In this document: piece after piece, positions 60,310 through 64,000 of the stretch
Numbering within the stretch: the first letter of the stretch is position 1
Layout of the letters: every line of letters starts with the position of its first letter
Source: Gemmataceae bacterium
GTDB lineage: Bacteria > Planctomycetota > Planctomycetia > Gemmatales > Gemmataceae
Reading direction: 5' to 3'
Assembly: GCA_025055795.1 (NCBI GenBank)
Contig: JANWVV010000013.1
Span: forward strand, 24,755 to 88,754
DNA length: 64,000 nt
Made by a program: the position numbers and the translations under genes
Notes under the pieces: generated by a model
Databases searched by the model: none
What the model was told of the DNA's origin: nothing
What the model saw: the letters and a program-made list of their open reading frames with translations, nothing else

Positions 60310-62136
60310 ATGGGGGCTTTGGCCGGCTACTTGCAGCGGACCACCACGGCTAGCCGCTGGATATTGGTCGCCGTGTTGATACTGGTGGGAAGGGGGGCAG
60401 GAAACGTCCGAGCAGACGAGGAGCCGGGAGCGTTACCGCTTCTTCCCACTCCCTCTCTGGACACAGGGCCGTCATTACCGGTAGATGCCGAGGGCGAACC
60501 AGCCGTCATACCTGCGCAAGGAGCGGTCATCCCGGCGCAAGGGCTATTACCCCTGCAACAATTAGGACCGGGCACTGCTGTGGGGAGTGCGGCAGTGGTT
60601 GACCCGCCGCCACCATTGGTCCGGATCCAAGTGCGGGTACCGGCAACTGCACCACCGGGAAAGGAGTTGACGTACCAGATCGTGGTCCGCAATACGTCGT
60701 CGGCTCCGGCTTACAACGTAACGGTCCGTAACCCGCTGCCGGAAGGTGCCACTTTTGTGGCGGCAGATCCGGCACCGGAAAAATCTGTGTCTGCCCTGTC
60801 ATCGGCACCGCCAGCTCCGGAATTGTTAACTCCGCCGGGTCGTGCCCCTGGTGTTTCTGCTCCAGCCTCCGCAGGCCCGGCAGTGCTGGTATGGAAAGTT
60901 GGTACCCTAGGGCCGGGCGAAAGTCGGACCATCCGCTTGACTTTGCAACCAAAAGCCGAAACTAAAGAGATCCGCAATCTGGCGTATGTCAGCTACGAGT
61001 ATGGTCAGGCGGTAACCACGCGTTTACGACCACCGATGCTAAAGGTGTCAAAGGCTGCACCACGGCAGATCGTCCGCGATGAACCCGGTGTGGTACGCAT
61101 TGTGATTGACAACGTGGGCAGCGTACCTGTGGAGCAGATCCGCATTGTAGAAAATGTCCCCGCTTCGGCTGAAATCGAGCCACTGACCGGGGGGGGTAAG
61201 CGGACCAACACCCCCGAGGGCACCCCGACAGCCCAGCAATGGGTCTGGGAGATTCCCCGCCTTTGGCCCGGGCAGCGGCACAGTATTGAATACCGTCTGG
61301 TTCCCCGGGAATCTCGCGACGTTCTGACACTCACCCACGTTTCCGCAGCAGGGGGCATTCAAGAGAAAGCGGAAGCGACCCTGACTGTTCTGACCCCCGG
61401 CTTGGCAGTTCAACTGACGGCCACGCCTGGCAATGCCCCCGTGGCTCCTGGTGAAGTGGCCCGGCTGGAAATCCTCGTTCGGAACACGGGGACGCTCCCC
61501 GCCATGCAGGTGCGTGTCAGCGGTACCATTCCGCCCGATTGCAAACCGGTGCGAAAGACCGAGGGGGGACAGTGGCAGCGTGACCTCATGGTGTGGTTCA
61601 TTCCCCGTCTGGAGCCCGGTGAAGCACGCACTTTTCGCTACGAGCTGAAAGCCGCTACCACAGGTCGCCGGACGATAGTGGCCGCTGTGAGCGATGCCCG
61701 CGGTCAGCAGGCCCGTGCCGAAACGGCCATCCTATTTCAAGGCGCTCCCGCTCTCAATTGGGAAACTGTGCCTCAACCGGCAACCCTACGCGTGGGACAG
61801 CAGGGGACTCTCACGATCCGATTGCGTAACAACGGTGGTGACACCGCCCGGAACGTCCGCCTCGAAATCACGCTGCCCGAGGCCGTTGCTTTCCGGACGG
61901 CTCAGCCGCCGGTGGCTCCTCCCCAAGCCGGACGACTATTCTTTCCGCCTCAAAACCTCGCTCCTGGAAGCGAAACGGTCATTACCATCACTTACGAAGC
62001 CCGCCAGCCCGCTCAGGCCTTCTTTCGCCTGCGCTTGTTGGCTGATCATCTTGGCGACCAACCCATGCAGACCGAAAAGGCGGTCGAGATTCTCGGTGAC
62101 TCATCCGACGCTACTTCTAGCTCTCGTGGACCGTGA
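60310..62136 (+). CDS. Exported DUF11 (conserved repeat domain) Ig-like repeat protein
   Basis: Signal-like segment, then four repeats of type LTYQIVVRNTS..AYNVTVRNPLP / IDNVGS / VRNTGT / LRNNGG. Start is uncertain. Confidence 0.82.
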   Translation: MGALAGYLQRTTTASRWILVAVLILVGRGAGNVRADEEPGALPLLPTPSLDTGPSLPVDAEGEPAVIPAQGAVIPAQGLLPLQQLGPGTAVGSAAVVDPPPPLVRIQVRVPATAPPGKELTYQIVVRNTSSAPAYNVTVRNPLPEGATFVAADPAPEKSVSALSSAPPAPELLTPPGRAPGVSAPASAGPAVLVWKVGTLGPGESRTIRLTLQPKAETKEIRNLAYVSYEYGQAVTTRLRPPMLKVSKAAPRQIVRDEPGVVRIVIDNVGSVPVEQIRIVENVPASAEIEPLTGGGKRTNTPEGTPTAQQWVWEIPRLWPGQRHSIEYRLVPRESRDVLTLTHVSAAGGIQEKAEATLTVLTPGLAVQLTATPGNAPVAPGEVARLEILVRNTGTLPAMQVRVSGTIPPDCKPVRKTEGGQWQRDLMVWFIPRLEPGEARTFRYELKAATTGRRTIVAAVSDARGQQARAETAILFQGAPALNWETVPQPATLRVGQQGTLTIRLRNNGGDTARNVRLEITLPEAVAFRTAQPPVAPPQAGRLFFPPQNLAPGSETVITITYEARQPAQAFFRLRLLADHLGDQPMQTEKAVEILGDSSDATSSSRGP

Positions 62137-62399
62137 GCTGCCAGGCTCTATCTGCAACGCACGAGTAAAAAATGGTTCTATCACGTCCTGATTATGTCGA
62201 TTGATAATGGCGATTCAGAGGATTTGGGCTCGGTTATTCTCCTGTTTGCGGAGACCTGATCTTCAGGAAATTAAGCTGACAAAGGCTAAGTTAATATGGA
62301 GAAATAAGTGTAAGAAAATCATTACACGGCCAATCTTCTCGATGTTTAATGAATCAGGTACCGGTGCAGGGGGCGTTGTGAGGGGGAAAGTGGATCTCT

Positions 62400-62654
62400 G
62401 TGACCCCCAAAACTGCAGATTTCCCTAGGAAAACGCTATCTTTCAGCACAAGCGACGCAAAATCCGACGTACAGGTGTCGGAAAAGCCGACGGCACGACA
62501 GCCGGCCAGGGGTCGGCAGCGGCCTTCTGGTTGCGACCCCCAGGACTACCACCCGCCCGACCTGCTGCTGGAGGAGCTGACCCAGCTGTGGCCACGGATT
62601 CCGACCCACCTCCAGGTCTGCCTGCTCGAACTGGCCCGACAATTCGCCAGCTGA
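62400..62654 (+). CDS. Small hypothetical ORF of a type I recall at planctomycete mobile-element edges
   Basis: SDAKSDV...PDLLLEELTQLWPRIPTHLQVCLLELARQ. Similarity is from recall only and unverified. Confidence 0.35.
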   Translation: MTPKTADFPRKTLSFSTSDAKSDVQVSEKPTARQPARGRQRPSGCDPQDYHPPDLLLEELTQLWPRIPTHLQVCLLELARQFAS

Positions 62655-63427
62655 TTGCCCACGTATCTCCGCTATAGTGCAATTTGCACATCACGGCAAC
62701 GCGAAAAATACTGAAAGCCCCCCGACCGCTTGCCCCGGCCCCTGTCGGTCCCCCCCCTGCTGCCACCAGTGGCTAAGAGCCGGCCGCGAAGCCGCAGTAG
62801 GCTTTTCTGCCCTTACCTCGACACTTCGACAAAACCTTCCAACCCTTAGAGCAAACCGCTGCCGGGTGTCGTAAATTCCGCGCAGCTTTCCAGCGGAGCA
62901 ACTGCGGAGGGTGTCTGCCTGGTTGCAAAAATGTCTGATCTGATGTATGCCTTTGTTGTCCCAGTAGTTAAGGTGCAGACACGTGTCTGCAGCAATGTCT
63001 GCAAAAATCCCCCTTACTCTCTTGCTGTCCGGCCGTAGCAAATCGAGACAGAACAGACGACCGTCGTTGTGGCCTGATGGGATGCCCGAGCAGGGAGGCT
63101 CCTCAGGCCGCCTGGCGGATTTTGTCGCATTTCCCATCCCCCGCACACAACAAACATGCCGGCGGAAGTGCAATTTGGCGGTTATAGCGATCACAATGGA
63201 TAGGCGAACTGTGTAGGCATCAATCTGCCCTAGTCTGGTTTTCCAGCATTTTGTCCTAGCCTGCTCGAAGGTGGGCTTTCCATCCTAAAGTGCAGCACGC
63301 CGGAGCTGGCACCTCCGGCGTGCAGCAAGGGGCGACTCAGCGGCCTTTGGCCGATATCATCATCGGTGCTAGGCCGCTTCGAGTCTGGCCCCTGGTTTGT
63401 GGTGCTTGTTAGACCGGAGGCCCTCCC

Positions 63428-63646
63428 ATGGTACAACCCGACCCCTCATCGTCACCGCAATTTCTGACAGTGCAGGAGGTGCCCCGCTGTTACGCGTCAC
63501 CCCTCGGCTGCTGTATCGCCTGGTACAGGTCGGACAGGGCCCGCCCGGGGTTGCGGGTCAACCCCGACAAACGCCTCCGGCATCGGACCACCGTCGAGCA
63601 GTTCCTGGCCAGCGGCGGCCGTCCCCCGCCCACACGCCGCAAATAG
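63428..63646 (+). pseudogene. Excisionase-like (HTH_17/MerR-type) DNA-binding gene with two compensating frameshifts
   Basis: GGAGG 7 nt before the ATG. FLTVQEV (frame 2) joins LLRVTPRLLYRLVQVGQ (frame 1), then LRVNPDKRLRHRTTVEQFL (frame 2). Confidence 0.6.
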
Positions 63647-63895
63647 CCGCTGCCGCCACCGGTCGGCCTGTCCGGTAGGCCCTGGCGGCACTGCCGCTAA
63701 CTCTGCTGCTTAACCAAGCAGGTTGCCATTACCAATGTTTGTTACGCGTACGCATATGCGAAAGTGAACAAAATAGGAAATACTGTCAGATTCGACGCTT
63801 TCGTGGAATAAATGAGGGTAAATCTATGCACACGAACACCAACAACTTTCGCTAGGCAGTCGAGTCGGCGGTGCTGGACCGTCGGCGGGCCATCC

Positions 63896-63945
63896 GCGGC
63901 TGGGAGCCGCTCCTACTTCCGCGGGCGGCCAAGGGCCGCTCCTAT
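63896..63945 (-). repeat. Two tandem GTAG-type REP-like palindromes
   Basis: Minus strand reads ATAGGA-GCGGCC-CTT-GGCCGC and GTAGGA-GCGGCT-CCC-AGCCGC, with 29-nt spacing. Confidence 0.6.
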
Positions 63946-63949
63946 TCCC

Positions 63950-63976
63950 GCAGCCAGGGTCAGTGACTCTGGCTGC
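63950..63976. other. 12-bp stem-loop next to the REP-like units
   Basis: GCAGCCAGGGTC-AGT-GACTCTGGCTGC, including one G-T pair. Confidence 0.55.
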
Positions 63977-64000
63977 GGTAGTGGGTGCAACGCCGTCGCT

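Noticed and set aside
62340-62460. Possible att-site duplication of the tRNA-Arg or tRNA-Pro 3' ends
   Set aside because: No exact match of useful length to either tRNA end was found by eye.

Overview
GC-rich bacterial chromosome segment. The DUF1559-type genes, PEP-CTERM protein, FlgI-like/HEAT protein and ASPIC/UnbV protein point to a planctomycete, probably Gemmataceae-like (inference). The largest block is a ~20 kb minus-strand respiratory cluster (10802-30517). It encodes alternative complex III (actABCDEF plus an actG-like gene), an A2-type caa3 oxidase, heme A/O synthesis, two SCO proteins and a diheme lipoprotein cytochrome c. Housekeeping genes include selB, asnS, smc, a 2-Cys peroxiredoxin, an AddA-like helicase, tRNA-Arg(UCG) and tRNA-Pro(UGG). 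The best hidden signal is a gene the ORF track splits in two (57490->56936, minus strand). Reading through an in-frame TGA gives a 184-aa signal-peptide protein with a C-Y-V-U (CxxU) motif, and a SECIS-like hairpin follows the TGA. This is a candidate exported thioredoxin-like selenoprotein, in a window that also carries selB. The right end (>62150) looks like decayed mobile DNA: a doubly frameshifted excisionase-type HTH gene and two tandem GTAG-type REP-like palindromes. All calls are by eye from motifs; no database searches or folding calculations were run.
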